A stretch of 64,000 bases of DNA from an uncultured Pelagibacteraceae bacterium (lineage in GTDB: Bacteria > Pseudomonadota > Alphaproteobacteria > Pelagibacterales > Pelagibacteraceae), in assembly GCA_902617645.1 (NCBI GenBank), contig CACMXM010000001.1, positions 14,187 through 78,186 of the forward strand. The letters run 5' to 3'. The notes beneath the pieces were generated by a model that saw nothing but the letters and a program-made list of their open reading frames with translations, had not been told where the DNA came from and made no database searches. The position numbers were made by a program, and so were the translations under genes. Below, piece after piece: positions 29,883 to 42,082 of the stretch (its first letter is position 1; every line of letters begins with the position of its first letter).

Positions 29883-31541
29883 TTAAATTCTTACTAAATT
29901 TACGTTGGTTATAGGCTTTTTTCCAGTTTTTTCTTTTGAATATTTTTTACAAACTAATTTAATTGTATCTACTATATTGTTTTCCTGTTTTTTATTATTG
30001 AGTGAAAAAGTTCTTGCTGTTTTGTCAATTTCTTCTTCAAGTCCAGATTTAAATTCATCGTTTTCTATAACTGGTAGACCAACAAAAGTTAGTATTGGCC
30101 TATCATGAAGATTTCCATTAGAATTAATTAAAATTGTTACATCAAGAAAACCATTAGATGATAAATTTTTTCTCTCTTTAATTGACTTAGAATCTTCATC
30201 TACGCTAATACTACCATCTACAAAAAGTTTACCTGAAGGAGCTCTATCGTAAACCACGGGTTTTATACCAGGATACAATTTTACTATATCACCATTTTCA
30301 ACCAAAACTGTTTCGGGAACTTGCATCTCTTTAGCAAAATTTATATGCTCAATCATATGACGATGCTCTCCATGTACGGGTATTATGCATTTCGGTTTAA
30401 TCCAACTATACATTTCTTTTAAATCTTCTCTGTTTGGATGTCCCGAAACGTGAACGAATTCATTTTCTTCAGAAATTACTTCAAGACCTTCTTTAACTAA
30501 ATGATTGTGAAGCTTATATAGTTTTTTTTCGTTTCCAGGTATTATTTTTGATGAAAATATTACTGCATCACCCTTTTCAATTAATACGTCTGGATGTATA
30601 AATTTGGCAATTCTCATCATTGCTCCTAAAGGTTCGCCTTGACTACCTGTACATAAGTAAACTATTTTTTCACGAGGTAAATTTTTGGCCTCTCTTGGAT
30701 CAATTGGTTCAATAACATCGTTTAAATAACCACATTTTCTTGCTGCTTTAAAGATTCTATGCATTGATCTTCCAACTAAAGAAATATTTCTTCCGGTCTG
30801 TTTCGCACAATAAAAAATTGTCTCCATTCTTGCAACATTTGAAGCAAATGAAGTCACTATCACTCTTTTTTTTAATCTGCTCATTATGTTTATTAAACTT
30901 TTTCTTACATCTCCCTCTGAGCCTGATTTTCCCTCACTAAAAACATTTGTTGAGTCACAAATCATTGCCAAAACACCATCTTGACCAATCTCTTTTAATC
31001 TTTTTGAATTAATGTCACCTCCAATTAAAGGATTGGGATCAACTTTCCAGTCACCAGTATGAAGTATGTTACCTGCTGGTGTTTGAATTCTTAATCCATT
31101 TGGTTCTAATATAGAATGTGTGAGTGTAATAAACTCAATTTTAAATGGTGTGAGCTCCAAAGTGCTATTTAATTGAACAATATTTATAAATGGAGCGATA
31201 TCTATTTTTTTTTCTTTAAATTTCTCTGTAATTAAAGCGGCTGTAAAAGGAGTGGCATAAATTTTACAATTAAGTTGAGGCCAAATATGTGCTATTGCTC
31301 CTATATGATCTTCATGAGCATGAGTTAGAACTATTCCCAATAAATCATCTTTCTTATCTACGATAAAACCTGGATCAGGATATATCAAATCAATACCAGG
31401 CACCGTATCATCAGCAAATGTAACGCCAATATCAACTATAATCCATTTTTGCTCACCGGGTTTTCCGTAAGCAAAAAGATTCATGTTCATTCCAATTTCG
31501 CCTGATCCACCAAGGGGACAAAATAATAATTCGTCTTTCAT
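29883..31541 (-). CDS. rnj: Ribonuclease J
   Basis: Motifs PLGGSGEIGMN, THAHEDHIG, HTGDWK, TGSQGEP, HVSGH and PVHGE. Confidence 0.97.
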   Translation of the reverse strand: MKDELLFCPLGGSGEIGMNMNLFAYGKPGEQKWIIVDIGVTFADDTVPGIDLIYPDPGFIVDKKDDLLGIVLTHAHEDHIGAIAHIWPQLNCKIYATPFTAALITEKFKEKKIDIAPFINIVQLNSTLELTPFKIEFITLTHSILEPNGLRIQTPAGNILHTGDWKVDPNPLIGGDINSKRLKEIGQDGVLAMICDSTNVFSEGKSGSEGDVRKSLINIMSRLKKRVIVTSFASNVARMETIFYCAKQTGRNISLVGRSMHRIFKAARKCGYLNDVIEPIDPREAKNLPREKIVYLCTGSQGEPLGAMMRIAKFIHPDVLIEKGDAVIFSSKIIPGNEKKLYKLHNHLVKEGLEVISEENEFVHVSGHPNREDLKEMYSWIKPKCIIPVHGEHRHMIEHINFAKEMQVPETVLVENGDIVKLYPGIKPVVYDRAPSGKLFVDGSISVDEDSKSIKERKNLSSNGFLDVTILINSNGNLHDRPILTFVGLPVIENDEFKSGLEEEIDKTARTFSLNNKKQENNIVDTIKLVCKKYSKEKTGKKPITNVNLVRI

Positions 31542-32278
31542 TAATTAATTTTAATTACTTTGATAAGACCATCTATGGTTAAATCTTTTTGTATAATTGG
31601 TCTATTTTTTTTTATTTTTTTAAACATATAAGCCAAACCACCAGTAAAAATAAGTTTGTAGGACTTTTTTGTTTGCTTTTTAATCATTAATATAATGTTG
31701 TCAATTAGACCTAAATAGCCCCAATAAAAACCTGATTTAACTGCTTGATTTGTATTTGTACCAACAACTTTTGAAATTTTGGATAGGTTTGTTAGTGGTA
31801 TTAATGAAGCTTTTTTAATTAGAGTACTAAGAGATAAGGATATACCTGGAGCAATAACTCCACCATAATATGTATTTTTTATAATTACATCAAATGTAGT
31901 GGCTGTACCGAAATCTACAACTATAAAATTATTTCTATTATCAATTACACTAATAGCATTTGCTATTCTATCGGATCCTACTTGAGATCTGTTTACTTTA
32001 AGTTTCACTAATTTTGAAAATTTGTTATTTTTTAATTCACTACATGAAATGCCGTAAGTTTTTTTGAGAAAATTTGATAATTGTCTATATACTGGGGGGA
32101 CAACACTACTGAATAAACCAAGTTTTATACTTTTATTTTTTAACATTTTCAAATGTTTATTCATATAAATGTTTGATATTAGTCTGGTTTTTAAAAATAT
32201 TTTTCTAGTTTTATCAAATTTATGATTTAAAAGAAAAATTTTTGTGTCTGTATTCCCTATATCTCCAACGATATACAT
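31541..32278 (-). CDS. coaX: Type III pantothenate kinase
   Basis: Motifs DIGNT, GSDR, VVDFGTATTFD, GGVIAPG and TGG. Start moved to ATG 32278 (MYIVGDIGNT). Confidence 0.94.
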   Translation of the reverse strand: MYIVGDIGNTDTKIFLLNHKFDKTRKIFLKTRLISNIYMNKHLKMLKNKSIKLGLFSSVVPPVYRQLSNFLKKTYGISCSELKNNKFSKLVKLKVNRSQVGSDRIANAISVIDNRNNFIVVDFGTATTFDVIIKNTYYGGVIAPGISLSLSTLIKKASLIPLTNLSKISKVVGTNTNQAVKSGFYWGYLGLIDNIILMIKKQTKKSYKLIFTGGLAYMFKKIKKNRPIIQKDLTIDGLIKVIKIN

Positions 32279-32279
32279 A

Positions 32280-32801
32280 TTATTTGAATTGATAAATTTT
32301 TTTTTCATAAGATTTACACAGTAATTTAAAAATTTGTAACTTTGTAACATTTTTTTTTGTAAAAAAATTAATGAAATTAGTTGGATATTTTTTGATTTTT
32401 GGCCTTTTATTTACGTTTATTCCAATTCCTACAATTAAAAACTTTTTTTTCTCTTTAAAAACAGTTTCTTGTAAAATTCCACCTATTTTTTGTTGTTTAA
32501 TTAATATATCATTAGGTTTTTTTATAACTAATTTATAATCAGTAAATTTTTGTAAACATTTTTGTACGATTAAACAATTAATTTTTGATATTTTGTTTAA
32601 GCTTATTTGATATCCAATTACAAAAAAAATTGACATAAATAAATTTCCATCGAGTGAAATCCATTTGTTACCCCTTTGACCTTTACCCTTAGTTTGAAAT
32701 TCAGCTAAAATAATTCCATTTTTAGCTCCTTTTCTTATTTGAATATGAGCTTTGTTATTAGTACTATCTATTTTTTTATAATAAAATTTTTTAAGCCTCA
32801 T
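32280..32801 (-). CDS. birA: Biotin--protein ligase, catalytic domain only
   Basis: Motifs IDSTN, QTKGKGQRGNKW, KKPND, KIGGIL and GIGINV. ATG at 32801 overlaps the nuoN stop. Confidence 0.92.
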   Translation of the reverse strand: MRLKKFYYKKIDSTNNKAHIQIRKGAKNGIILAEFQTKGKGQRGNKWISLDGNLFMSIFFVIGYQISLNKISKINCLIVQKCLQKFTDYKLVIKKPNDILIKQQKIGGILQETVFKEKKKFLIVGIGINVNKRPKIKKYPTNFINFFTKKNVTKLQIFKLLCKSYEKKIYQFK

Positions 32802-34219
32802 CAAACCAAATCAATTTTTGATACGAAATCAATAAGGCTATTTGGGTAAATAAAATAAGTTAAAATTAAAATCGTAGCTATAATAAGAGATAATTTTAAT
32901 CCTATACTGTGGTTTGTATCGTATTTCTCAACTTCATTATCAAAATATATTACTTTAATTATTCTTAAATAATAAAAGGCTGCAACAACTGTCGCTAACA
33001 AACCTACAATTGCTAAGAAAAACATTGATTGCTCAATTACAGCCATAAAAACATAAAATTTTGCAAAAAAACCAGCCAATGGTGGTATTCCAGCTAGTGA
33101 AAAAAGCACTATTAATAAAGAAAATGATAATAGTGGGTGATTTTTTGATAATCCTGATAAGTCATCTATACTTTCATAGTATTTATCCTCACGTTTTAAC
33201 ATAAAAATACAACTGAAAAATGCTAAATTCATCACTAAATATATTGAAATGTAAGACACTGAACTTTGTATGCCTTCATTTGTGCCTGTTGTTAAACCAG
33301 CTAAAGCATATCCCATATGACTTATAGAACTATAAGCAATTAGTCTCTTTAGATTCTTTTGTCCTATAGCAGCTACAGCACCGAAAAGCATAGAGGCAAT
33401 TGATAAAAAAATAATTATTGTTTGCCATTGATCAATCAAATTAATGAATGGAGTATATAAAAATCTTATAAATACTGTTAGTGCAGCAATTTTTGGCAAG
33501 ATTGCAAAAAACAATGTAACTGATGTTGGGGATCCTTGATATACGTCTGGGGCCCACATATGAAATGGTACAGCAGAAATTTTAAAGGCTAAGCCAACTA
33601 AAATAAATACCATTCCAAATATTATACCTTGTGTTGAAACACCATAATTTAATGAAATTTGAGAAAAATTAGTTGATGAAGAAAACCCATAAACTAAAGA
33701 ACAACCATACAAGAGCAAACCTGATGATAAGGCGCTAAGAACAAAATATTTTAAACCTGACTCAGAGGAAAGTACATTGTCTCTATTAAAAGATGCTAAT
33801 ACATATAAAGCAAGAGACTGTAGTTCAAGTCCTATATAAAATACTATTAGATCGTTAGAGCTGACCATTACCATCATTCCAAGAATTGAGCTGAGGATTA
33901 AAATTGGATATTCTACATTATATATTTTAATTGATTTTAGATACTGTGAAGAGGTCAATAAAACAAACAAGGTTGAGATAACAATTAATATTTTAATAAA
34001 GTTTGATAAATAATCAATTTTATAGCTTTCATTAAATATTAATAATTCAGCTGTGGATGGCACATTTAAAATCAAGGGAATTGATATTATTAATATTAAT
34101 ATACTTAGACTATAAACAGTTGATGAGCTATTTTTTTTAAAGACACCGAAAAGTAATAAAAACATTAAACTTAAAGATATGAATATTTCTGGTATTACAT
34201 AATAAATGTCTATTATCAT
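32801..34219 (-). CDS. nuoN: NADH-quinone oxidoreductase subunit N
   Basis: Motifs ESGLKYF, FKISAVPFHMWAPDVYQG and GIPPLAGF. Confidence 0.98.
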   Translation of the reverse strand: MIIDIYYVIPEIFISLSLMFLLLFGVFKKNSSSTVYSLSILILIISIPLILNVPSTAELLIFNESYKIDYLSNFIKILIVISTLFVLLTSSQYLKSIKIYNVEYPILILSSILGMMVMVSSNDLIVFYIGLELQSLALYVLASFNRDNVLSSESGLKYFVLSALSSGLLLYGCSLVYGFSSSTNFSQISLNYGVSTQGIIFGMVFILVGLAFKISAVPFHMWAPDVYQGSPTSVTLFFAILPKIAALTVFIRFLYTPFINLIDQWQTIIIFLSIASMLFGAVAAIGQKNLKRLIAYSSISHMGYALAGLTTGTNEGIQSSVSYISIYLVMNLAFFSCIFMLKREDKYYESIDDLSGLSKNHPLLSFSLLIVLFSLAGIPPLAGFFAKFYVFMAVIEQSMFFLAIVGLLATVVAAFYYLRIIKVIYFDNEVEKYDTNHSIGLKLSLIIATILILTYFIYPNSLIDFVSKIDLV

Positions 34220-35712
34220 TTTTTGTTTGCCATATATATTTCTAAATTTGCGTTATAATTATCTATTAAATCACTTACTGATACTTCTACTGTATTTATT
34301 AAAGGTTCGGGATAAAATCCAAAATACAAACTTGGAATTGCTAATAAAGTTAAAATAATTACCTCTGATTTTTTTAAATCTACTAAGTTTTTTAAATCCT
34401 CATTTATAAGTTCACCAAAAACAACTCTCTTATACAACCAGAGCATATATGCTGCACCAAGTATCACTCCTAAGCTCGCAATTACAGCAACTAAAAAATT
34501 ATCTTTAAAAGCACCCATAAGTATCAAAAATTCTCCAATAAAACCTGTCGTGCCTGGTAAACCAAGAGCTCCCAACGTAAAAATCATTAAAATTATTGAG
34601 TATTTAGGCATAACTTCTACTATTCCACCATATCTTTTAATCTCTCTTGTTTGCATTCTTTCGTAAATGACACCTACACATAAAAATAGTGTAGCAGAAA
34701 TTATTCCATGACTGATCATTTGAAAAATGCTTCCTTCCAATCCCTGTTGAGTCATTGTAAAAATCCCAAGTGTGACAAAACCCATATGCGCAACTGATGA
34801 GTACGCTATTAGTTTTTTCATATCTTCCTGCATAAGGGCGACTAAAGATGTATAAATAATTGCTATAAGACTCAGTACATAAACAAATGAGACAAAGTAA
34901 TCTGAGCCAATTGGAAATAGACCTATAGAAAATCTTATAAAGCCATATCCAGCCATTTTTAGAAGAATAGCTGCTAAAAGTACAGAGCCAGCAGTCGGCG
35001 CTTCTACATGTGCATCTGGAAGCCATGTATGAACTGGCCACATTGGTGTTTTTACAGCAAATGAACTAAAAAATGCTAACCATAGAATTTTTTGATATTT
35101 GGCATCAATGCCGATTTCGTAAAGTTTTTCAACATCTGAAGTCCCAGATATCCAATAAATATAAATTATTGCAACAAGCATTAAAACTGAACCAAGTAGT
35201 GTATATAAAAAAAATTTAAAAGCTGAATAAACCCTTCGCGTACCACCCCAAATTCCAATTATCAAAAACATGGGTATCAAACCACCCTCAAAGAATAAGT
35301 AAAAAATAACTAGATCCAAAGAACAGAAAACACCTATCATAAGGCTTTCCATTATCAATATTGCAACAAGAAAATCTTTTAAACGGTTTTTAATAGTACT
35401 ATTTACTGAAAGTATACATAACGGAGTAATAAAAGTTGTGAGAACTACAAATAAAATTGATATTCCATCTACACCCACCTTGTAATTTATAAATCCATAA
35501 ATCCATTCTCTGTTTTCAACGAATTGGAAAGATGAGTTTGAATTATCAAATTTATACCAAAGATAGATTGATAAAATAAAATTAATTATACTTATAAAAA
35601 CAGATATATATTTATGACTATTATATTTTTCTGTTGATTTTGTAAAAAGAATAAATAATGCACCAACTGTAGGAACACATATTAATAAACTTAAAATTGG
35701 TATATTCATCAT
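34216..35712 (-). CDS. nuoM: NADH-quinone oxidoreductase subunit M
   Basis: Motifs VKTPMWPVHTWLPDAHVEAPT and IAYSSVAHMG. Confidence 0.98.
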   Translation of the reverse strand: MMNIPILSLLICVPTVGALFILFTKSTEKYNSHKYISVFISIINFILSIYLWYKFDNSNSSFQFVENREWIYGFINYKVGVDGISILFVVLTTFITPLCILSVNSTIKNRLKDFLVAILIMESLMIGVFCSLDLVIFYLFFEGGLIPMFLIIGIWGGTRRVYSAFKFFLYTLLGSVLMLVAIIYIYWISGTSDVEKLYEIGIDAKYQKILWLAFFSSFAVKTPMWPVHTWLPDAHVEAPTAGSVLLAAILLKMAGYGFIRFSIGLFPIGSDYFVSFVYVLSLIAIIYTSLVALMQEDMKKLIAYSSVAHMGFVTLGIFTMTQQGLEGSIFQMISHGIISATLFLCVGVIYERMQTREIKRYGGIVEVMPKYSIILMIFTLGALGLPGTTGFIGEFLILMGAFKDNFLVAVIASLGVILGAAYMLWLYKRVVFGELINEDLKNLVDLKKSEVIILTLLAIPSLYFGFYPEPLINTVEVSVSDLIDNYNANLEIYMANKK

Positions 35713-37622
35713 TTAATTATTAAATAAGTTAATAAAGCAGAAAAGCCGACTAACATTATGAATGCATATTGATATATATATCCGGATTGGAACTTTACTG
35801 CTTTATTAGAAAGTATCTTAATTATACTAGATATGCCATCAGGACCAAATCTATCAATTACAAGACCATCGATTTTTTTCCAAAAATAAAGACCAATTTT
35901 TTTTAGACTTTTTACGAATAAGAATTCATAAATTTCATCAAAGTACCATTTATTTTTTAAAAAATTATAAAAAGGTTTATTGTTATCTACTATCACAGGT
36001 AGTAAATCTTTTCTTTTAACAAAAAAATAATAAGCTATAGGTATTGAAACAGTAACTAATGTAGGCGTTAAAAATATAAACCATTTTGGTGGATGCTCAC
36101 TACTTAAAGGTTCTAGAAAAAAAATTGATGAGTTCCAGAATTGATAACTTTTTTCAAAACCTATAAATAATTCTTTAAAAAAATAACCTGCGAAAATTGA
36201 GCCAATAGCTAAAATAATGAGAGGAATTGTCATCACCATAGGTGACTCATGAATTTTTTCAATCTTTATTGACTGGTTATTGTAATCTCCATGAAAAGTT
36301 TTGAATATTAACCTCCAGGAGTAAATGGATGTTAACAAAGCAGTAAAAATTCCTATTGATGCTGCGTAATATCCTAGCGAACTATTTTTTAAGTAAGCAA
36401 ACTCTATTATTGCGTCTTTAGAAAAAAATCCAGATAATAATGGAAAGCCTGTTAGAGCAAGAGTACCAATTAGCATTAGGACATATGTAACGGGAAGCTT
36501 ATCTTTTACTCCTCCCATATTATTTATATTTTGTTCATCATGGAAAGCATGAATCACCGACCCTGCACCTAAGAATAGTAAAGCTTTAAAAAAAGCATGA
36601 GTAAATAAATGAAACATAGCAACATTATAGGCACCTACACCAGTAGCAAAAAACATATATCCAAGTTGGCTGCAAGTTGAATAAGCAATAATTTTTTTTA
36701 TATCATCCTGCACTAATGCAACGCTTCCAGCAAATATTGCTGTTGTCATTCCAATAATTGTTACAATTGATAAAGCAAACTCAGAATATTCATATATTGG
36801 GGAACACCTAACAACTAAAAATACACCAGCTGTAACCATTGTAGCAGCATGAATTAATGCAGATACTGGAGTGGGTCCTTCCATTGCATCAGGAAGCCAG
36901 GTGTGTAGAAAAAATTGAGCTGACTTACCCATTGCACCAATAAATAAAAGAACACAAATTAGATCTATACTATTAACTTTTATACCAAGAAAATTTAATT
37001 CATCATTTATAAACAAACTGATTTGTTGAAAAACTTCGTCATAATTTGCTGTTCCAAATAAATAAAAGATTAAAAAAATTCCTAATGCAAAACCAAAATC
37101 TCCAACTCTATTTACTAAAAAAGCTTTGATGGCTGCAGAATTTGCAGTATTTTTTTTAAACCAAAATCCAATTAAGAAATATGAACATAAACCTACACCT
37201 TCCCAGCCAAAGAATAATTGTAAAAAATTATCAGAGGTCACTAGAGTTAACATTGCAAAGGTAAATAATGACAAATAAGCCATAAATCTTGGTTTATGTG
37301 GATCATGAGACATGTATCCAATGGAATAGATGTGTACTAATGATGAAATTAAATTTACAACTACTAACATAACAGCCGAAAGTGTATCTATTTTGATAGA
37401 CCAATTCACTTGCAAGCTTCCAGAGTTTATCCATTTTGCAATAAATAAATTATTTTCATATCCATTAATAATTACATTGTAGAAAATAATAATTGATAAA
37501 ATTGCACTTATAGTTGTAAATGAACAAGTAATATAATTACAAAATTTTTCTCCAATTAATTTACTAAAAAAGCCAGATAATATTGCTGCTGTTAATGGTA
37601 AAAATAAAATGAAATATTCCAC
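35709..37622 (-). CDS. nuoL: NADH-quinone oxidoreductase subunit L
   Basis: Motifs GWEGVG, GKSAQ..LHTWLPDAMEGPTPVSALIHAATM and HAFFKALLF. Confidence 0.98.
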   Translation of the reverse strand: MEYFILFLPLTAAILSGFFSKLIGEKFCNYITCSFTTISAILSIIIFYNVIINGYENNLFIAKWINSGSLQVNWSIKIDTLSAVMLVVVNLISSLVHIYSIGYMSHDPHKPRFMAYLSLFTFAMLTLVTSDNFLQLFFGWEGVGLCSYFLIGFWFKKNTANSAAIKAFLVNRVGDFGFALGIFLIFYLFGTANYDEVFQQISLFINDELNFLGIKVNSIDLICVLLFIGAMGKSAQFFLHTWLPDAMEGPTPVSALIHAATMVTAGVFLVVRCSPIYEYSEFALSIVTIIGMTTAIFAGSVALVQDDIKKIIAYSTCSQLGYMFFATGVGAYNVAMFHLFTHAFFKALLFLGAGSVIHAFHDEQNINNMGGVKDKLPVTYVLMLIGTLALTGFPLLSGFFSKDAIIEFAYLKNSSLGYYAASIGIFTALLTSIYSWRLIFKTFHGDYNNQSIKIEKIHESPMVMTIPLIILAIGSIFAGYFFKELFIGFEKSYQFWNSSIFFLEPLSSEHPPKWFIFLTPTLVTVSIPIAYYFFVKRKDLLPVIVDNNKPFYNFLKNKWYFDEIYEFLFVKSLKKIGLYFWKKIDGLVIDRFGPDGISSIIKILSNKAVKFQSGYIYQYAFIMLVGFSALLTYLIIK

Positions 37623-37623
37623 T

Positions 37624-37935
37624 TTAACCTTTCAATTTTTCTATTTCCTCTACTCGAATTGTTCCAGAGTTTCTGTAGAAAACTACAATTATTGCAAGAC
37701 CTATAGCTGCTTCTGCTGCTGCAACTGTTAGAATAAATAAAGTAAAGATCTGTCCACTAATGTCATTCATATATATTGAAAATGATACTAGGTTAATATT
37801 TACGGCAAGAAGGATTAATTCAATGCTCATCAATATTACAATTACATTTTTTCTATTAAGAAATATTCCAACTATTCCAATAAGAAAAATAATTGCACCT
37901 AGAGTTAGGTAATGACCAATGCCAATTTCAATCAT
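37624..37935 (-). CDS. nuoK: NADH-quinone oxidoreductase subunit K
   Basis: Motifs LMSIELIL and [12 protein letters not shown]. Confidence 0.98.
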   Translation of the reverse strand: MIEIGIGHYLTLGAIIFLIGIVGIFLNRKNVIVILMSIELILLAVNINLVSFSIYMNDISGQIFTLFILTVAAAEAAIGLAIIVVFYRNSGTIRVEEIEKLKG

Positions 37936-38551
37936 CTATTTTAACTCCTTGGTGTGATTTTACATTGACAAGTGAAACACCATCATTTCTTTCTCTTGAT
38001 AATTGCTTAAAGTAACTTTGTCTTCTTATACCCTCTCTTTTTCTAAATGTAAGAACAATTGCACCAATCATAGCAACAAGTAATACCATTCCAGATAGTT
38101 GGAAGAGATGAATATAGTCTGTGTATAAGACATTTCCTATTGAATGAGTATTGGTAATATCCGAAACGACTATTTTGTTGGATAGTTCAGGTTTATATTT
38201 CCAACCGCCAATTACAATTATTACTTCGAAGAAAATTATGATACTTACTAAAAGACCTATTGGTATATGAGCAGAATTAGTTGAAGATTTAAACCAAGTA
38301 TTTTTTTGTTTTGCCACATTTAACATCATAACCACAAATAAAAATAAAACAGCAACTGCTCCAACATAAACTATTAGCATTATCATTCCTAAAAATTCAG
38401 CACCTATCATTATAAATAAGCTTGAAATACTAATAAAATCTAAAATTAAAAAGAAAACCGAATGTACAGTATTTTTTGAAACTGTAACCATAATTGCAGA
38501 CACAACCGCAATAAATGAAAAAAAATAAAAAAAAAAGGCGTGTGCTATCAT
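37928..38551 (-). CDS. nuoJ: NADH-quinone oxidoreductase subunit J
   Basis: Motifs [21 protein letters not shown] and [11 protein letters not shown]. Confidence 0.97.
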   Translation of the reverse strand: MIAHAFFFYFFSFIAVVSAIMVTVSKNTVHSVFFLILDFISISSLFIMIGAEFLGMIMLIVYVGAVAVLFLFVVMMLNVAKQKNTWFKSSTNSAHIPIGLLVSIIIFFEVIIVIGGWKYKPELSNKIVVSDITNTHSIGNVLYTDYIHLFQLSGMVLLVAMIGAIVLTFRKREGIRRQSYFKQLSRERNDGVSLVNVKSHQGVKIDD

Positions 38552-38554
38552 TAA

Positions 38555-39040
38555 TTACCTATAAGGATTATCTGCCTTAATGTTAGCAGCTAAAACATTT
38601 TCCCATCTATCTCCGTTTTCGAGTAATTTTTCCTTATTGTAATATAATTCTTCTCTGGTTTCTGTTGCGAATTCAAAATTCGGTCCTTGTACTATTGCAT
38701 CTACTGGACACGACTCTTCACATAATCCACAATATATGCACTTTAGCATATCAATATCATATCTTGTAGTTTTTCTACTACCATCTTCTCTTTGTTCTGA
38801 CTCTATGGTTATTGCTTGTGCAGGACATACAGCTTCGCACAATTTACATGCAATGCATCTTTCCTCTCCATTGGGGTATCTTCTTAAAGCATGTTCGCCT
38901 CTTGCTCTAGGACTAATCTTACCTTTTTCAAATGGATAATTTAAAGTTTTTTTTGCTTTGAAAGCTTCTTTGATTGCAATCATTAAACCAGTTAAAAAAT
39001 CTAGCATGAATATAGTTTTTAAAATTCTAGAAATTTTCAT
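38555..39040 (-). CDS. nuoI: NADH-quinone oxidoreductase subunit I
   Basis: Two 4Fe-4S motifs, [12 protein letters not shown] and [12 protein letters not shown]. Confidence 0.98.
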   Translation of the reverse strand: MKISRILKTIFMLDFLTGLMIAIKEAFKAKKTLNYPFEKGKISPRARGEHALRRYPNGEERCIACKLCEAVCPAQAITIESEQREDGSRKTTRYDIDMLKCIYCGLCEESCPVDAIVQGPNFEFATETREELYYNKEKLLENGDRWENVLAANIKADNPYR

Positions 39041-39043
39041 AAA

Positions 39044-40042
39044 TTAAACCTTTGGTAATAGATCAAAATATAATAAAAAACCCGCTGTTAACACTACCCA
39101 TATTAATGAAAATGGTAAAAATATTTTCCATCCTAATTTCATAAGTTGATCGTATCTATATCTTGGAACAATTGCTTTTACCAACGCAAAAAGTATAAAT
39201 AAAAATAGGATTTTAATTATAAACCATAATGCTGGGGGTACTAAGTTGAATGGATAAATACTAATCGGTGATAACCAGCCACCTAAAAATAATATAGATC
39301 CCATAGCGCACATAAGTAAAATATTTGCATACTCTCCTAACCAAAACATTGCATACATCATACCTGAATACTCAGTTTGATAACCCGCAACTAATTCAGC
39401 CTCAGCCTCAGGTAAATCAAATGGTGGACGATTAGTTTCTGCTAGTGCAGATATAAAAAAAATAACAAACATCGGAAATAATGGTATTACAAACCACACT
39501 TTATCTTGCGCCAAAACTATGTCAGTAAGATTCAAGGATCCTACACAAAGTAGTACATTTATAATTATTACTCCAATTGATACCTCATATGAAACCATCT
39601 GTGCAGCAGATCTAATGGCTCCTAAAAATGGATATTTTGAATTTGATGCCCAGCCACCCATAATTATACCATAAACACCTAGAGATGAGATTGCGAATAA
39701 ATACAAAATTCCAACATTTATATTTGCTAAAACAAAATCTTCGCTGAATGGAATAACAGCCCACGAAATTAAAGCTAATGTCATAGTAGTTATTGGGGCT
39801 AGTATAAAAACTATTTTATTTGAGCTTGCAGGTATAATAATTTCTTTAAAAATATATTTGAGAGCATCAGCCAAAGATTGAAATAAGCCAAATGGGCCAA
39901 CAACATTTGGACCTTTTCTTTTTTGAACAAATGCCCAAACTCTTCTGTCTAGCCAAACAATCATCGCGACCGCTGTTAGTAAGGGCAATAATAAAAATAA
40001 AATTTTATATGTTTCTAAAATTAGTGTGTAAAAATAGTCCAT
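39044..40042 (-). CDS. nuoH: NADH-quinone oxidoreductase subunit H
   Basis: Motifs [23 protein letters not shown] and PRYRYDQLM. Confidence 0.98.
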   Translation of the reverse strand: MDYFYTLILETYKILFLLLPLLTAVAMIVWLDRRVWAFVQKRKGPNVVGPFGLFQSLADALKYIFKEIIIPASSNKIVFILAPITTMTLALISWAVIPFSEDFVLANINVGILYLFAISSLGVYGIIMGGWASNSKYPFLGAIRSAAQMVSYEVSIGVIIINVLLCVGSLNLTDIVLAQDKVWFVIPLFPMFVIFFISALAETNRPPFDLPEAEAELVAGYQTEYSGMMYAMFWLGEYANILLMCAMGSILFLGGWLSPISIYPFNLVPPALWFIIKILFLFILFALVKAIVPRYRYDQLMKLGWKIFLPFSLIWVVLTAGFLLYFDLLPKV

Positions 40043-40045
40043 ATA

Positions 40046-42082
40046 TTACCCATCAGTTCCTGTCTTTTTAAGCTTTAAAAGACTATTTCTACATTCAGAC
40101 ATTGTTTTTGAGGCTCTTGCGATTACATTGCTATAATAATAATCGATTTCGCTCACATGAATTTTCTCATTCGTAAATTCACTTTGTGCTTTTGCTAAAG
40201 GATCCGATGATTTTTCACTTTTTAGTTTTAAGTAATTTACCATACTATCAACTAATTCATTTTTATCTTTAAACAATTTTTTTCTTTTTATTAATTCTGA
40301 TAATTTATTTACAATCTCCCAATCTTCTAAAGCATCCCCAGGAGGGAAAGAAGCTTTATACGTTTTTTGTAATCTGCCTTCTAGATTTGTATAATGGGTT
40401 TCTTTTTCTGTATAGGCAGCTCCAGGTAAAATTAGATCTGAAATTTCAGCACCTTTATCTCCGTGGGTGCCAATATAAACAACAAATTCATTTTTCTTTG
40501 TAAAATTTAAATTATCTTGTCCAAATAAAAAAATAATTTCATTTCTGTTATTTTGGATATTTTCTAAAGTTGAGTTTCTATTACTTTCAGAATTAATTAA
40601 ATCTAGATCATACGCACCTACAGTTGATGAGTGATTCGATATAATTCCTATTGCGTTCCAATCTTCTTTTATCTTACCATTTGATTTTAAAAAATCTTTT
40701 AACTTATAAAATAAATTTTGAGCTGATTTTAGTTTAAAAAACGATTGCCCAAGAATAACTATTGGTTTTTTTGCTAAAATTATTTTTTTACTTAATTCAT
40801 TATCTCCATTGATCAAAGCCTTAATTTCCGAAGTATCATTGGGTAAAATTTTATATGGATATGTCAAATCTCCAACATCTCCATAACTAAAAATTTGTAA
40901 ATTATTACTTAAATAAGATTTTCTTATTCTTGAATTTAATATAGTGGCTTCGTACCTCGGATTTGCACCAATAATAAGAACTAAATCGCTTTGTTCTATA
41001 CCATTTAAAGTTGGGTTAAATATATAGTTTGACCGATCGCTATTATCTACATATACGTGATCATCTCTACTGTCTAAATTTGGTGACTTAATTGTCTTTT
41101 CAAAAAATTCTTTAACTATATACATTGTCTCCATGTCTGTAAGATCGCCGGTAATACCTGCAATTTTATCGGGTAAAACACTTTCAATTTTTTTAATAAG
41201 AATATCGTAAGCTTCTTTCCAAGTTATTTTTTCAAATTTTCCGTCTTTTTTCACGAAAGGTGTATCTAGTCTTTGATTTTTTAATCCATCACATGCATAT
41301 CTGGTTTTGTCTGATATCCATTCTTCATTTATATCATCATTATTTCTTGGAAGTACTCTTTTTACTTCCCATCCGTAAGTGTCAACTCTGATATTTGATC
41401 CGACTGCATCCATAACATCAATTGTTTCGGTTTTTTTTAATTCCCAAGGTCTTGCTTCAAAAACATACGGTTTTGATGTCAATGCACCAACAGGACAAAG
41501 ATCTACGACATTAGCTGACAGTTCCGACTCCATAGCTTTCTCTAAATAAGTTGTAATTTGCATGTCTTCACCTCGGCCTATTGCACCTAGTTCTGGTACT
41601 CCAGCAATTTCGGTAGCAAATCTTACACACCTTGTACAATGTATACATCTTGTCATTTGAGTTTTAATAAGTGGACCCATATACTTATCAGGTACATACC
41701 TTTTATTTTCTTTAAACCTTGATTTATCAACTCCGTAGTACATTGATTGATCTTGAAGATCACATTCGCCTCCTTGATCACAAACAGGACAATCTAATGG
41801 GTGATTAACAAGTAGAAATTCCATTACTCCTTTTCTTGCTTTTTCAACAAGTGGAGTATTTGTTTTAATGTTCATTCCTTCAGTAGCAGGCATAGCACAC
41901 GATGCTATTGGTTTAGGAGATTTTTCCAATTCTACTAAACACATTCTACAATTTCCAGCTATAGATAATCTTTCGTGGTAACAAAATCTTGGTATCTCAA
42001 CACCAGCCGCTTCACATGCCTGAAGAACTGTTAACCCCTCTTCAACTTCTATTTCTTTATCATTTATTTTTAATTTAAGCAT
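40046..42082 (-). CDS. nuoG: NADH-quinone oxidoreductase subunit G
   Basis: Motifs [29 protein letters not shown] and RCIHCTRC. Confidence 0.98.
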   Translation of the reverse strand: MLKLKINDKEIEVEEGLTVLQACEAAGVEIPRFCYHERLSIAGNCRMCLVELEKSPKPIASCAMPATEGMNIKTNTPLVEKARKGVMEFLLVNHPLDCPVCDQGGECDLQDQSMYYGVDKSRFKENKRYVPDKYMGPLIKTQMTRCIHCTRCVRFATEIAGVPELGAIGRGEDMQITTYLEKAMESELSANVVDLCPVGALTSKPYVFEARPWELKKTETIDVMDAVGSNIRVDTYGWEVKRVLPRNNDDINEEWISDKTRYACDGLKNQRLDTPFVKKDGKFEKITWKEAYDILIKKIESVLPDKIAGITGDLTDMETMYIVKEFFEKTIKSPNLDSRDDHVYVDNSDRSNYIFNPTLNGIEQSDLVLIIGANPRYEATILNSRIRKSYLSNNLQIFSYGDVGDLTYPYKILPNDTSEIKALINGDNELSKKIILAKKPIVILGQSFFKLKSAQNLFYKLKDFLKSNGKIKEDWNAIGIISNHSSTVGAYDLDLINSESNRNSTLENIQNNRNEIIFLFGQDNLNFTKKNEFVVYIGTHGDKGAEISDLILPGAAYTEKETHYTNLEGRLQKTYKASFPPGDALEDWEIVNKLSELIKRKKLFKDKNELVDSMVNYLKLKSEKSSDPLAKAQSEFTNEKIHVSEIDYYYSNVIARASKTMSECRNSLLKLKKTGTDG

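Noticed and set aside
32279-32350. N-terminal extension of coaX in the ORF track
   Set aside because: It overlaps birA. The family's DIGNT motif places the start at ATG 32278.
34637-35041. 134-aa Cys-rich same-strand ORF inside nuoM
   Set aside because: Alternative frame of a highly conserved membrane-protein gene; the Cys and Trp residues are a by-product of nuoM codons.
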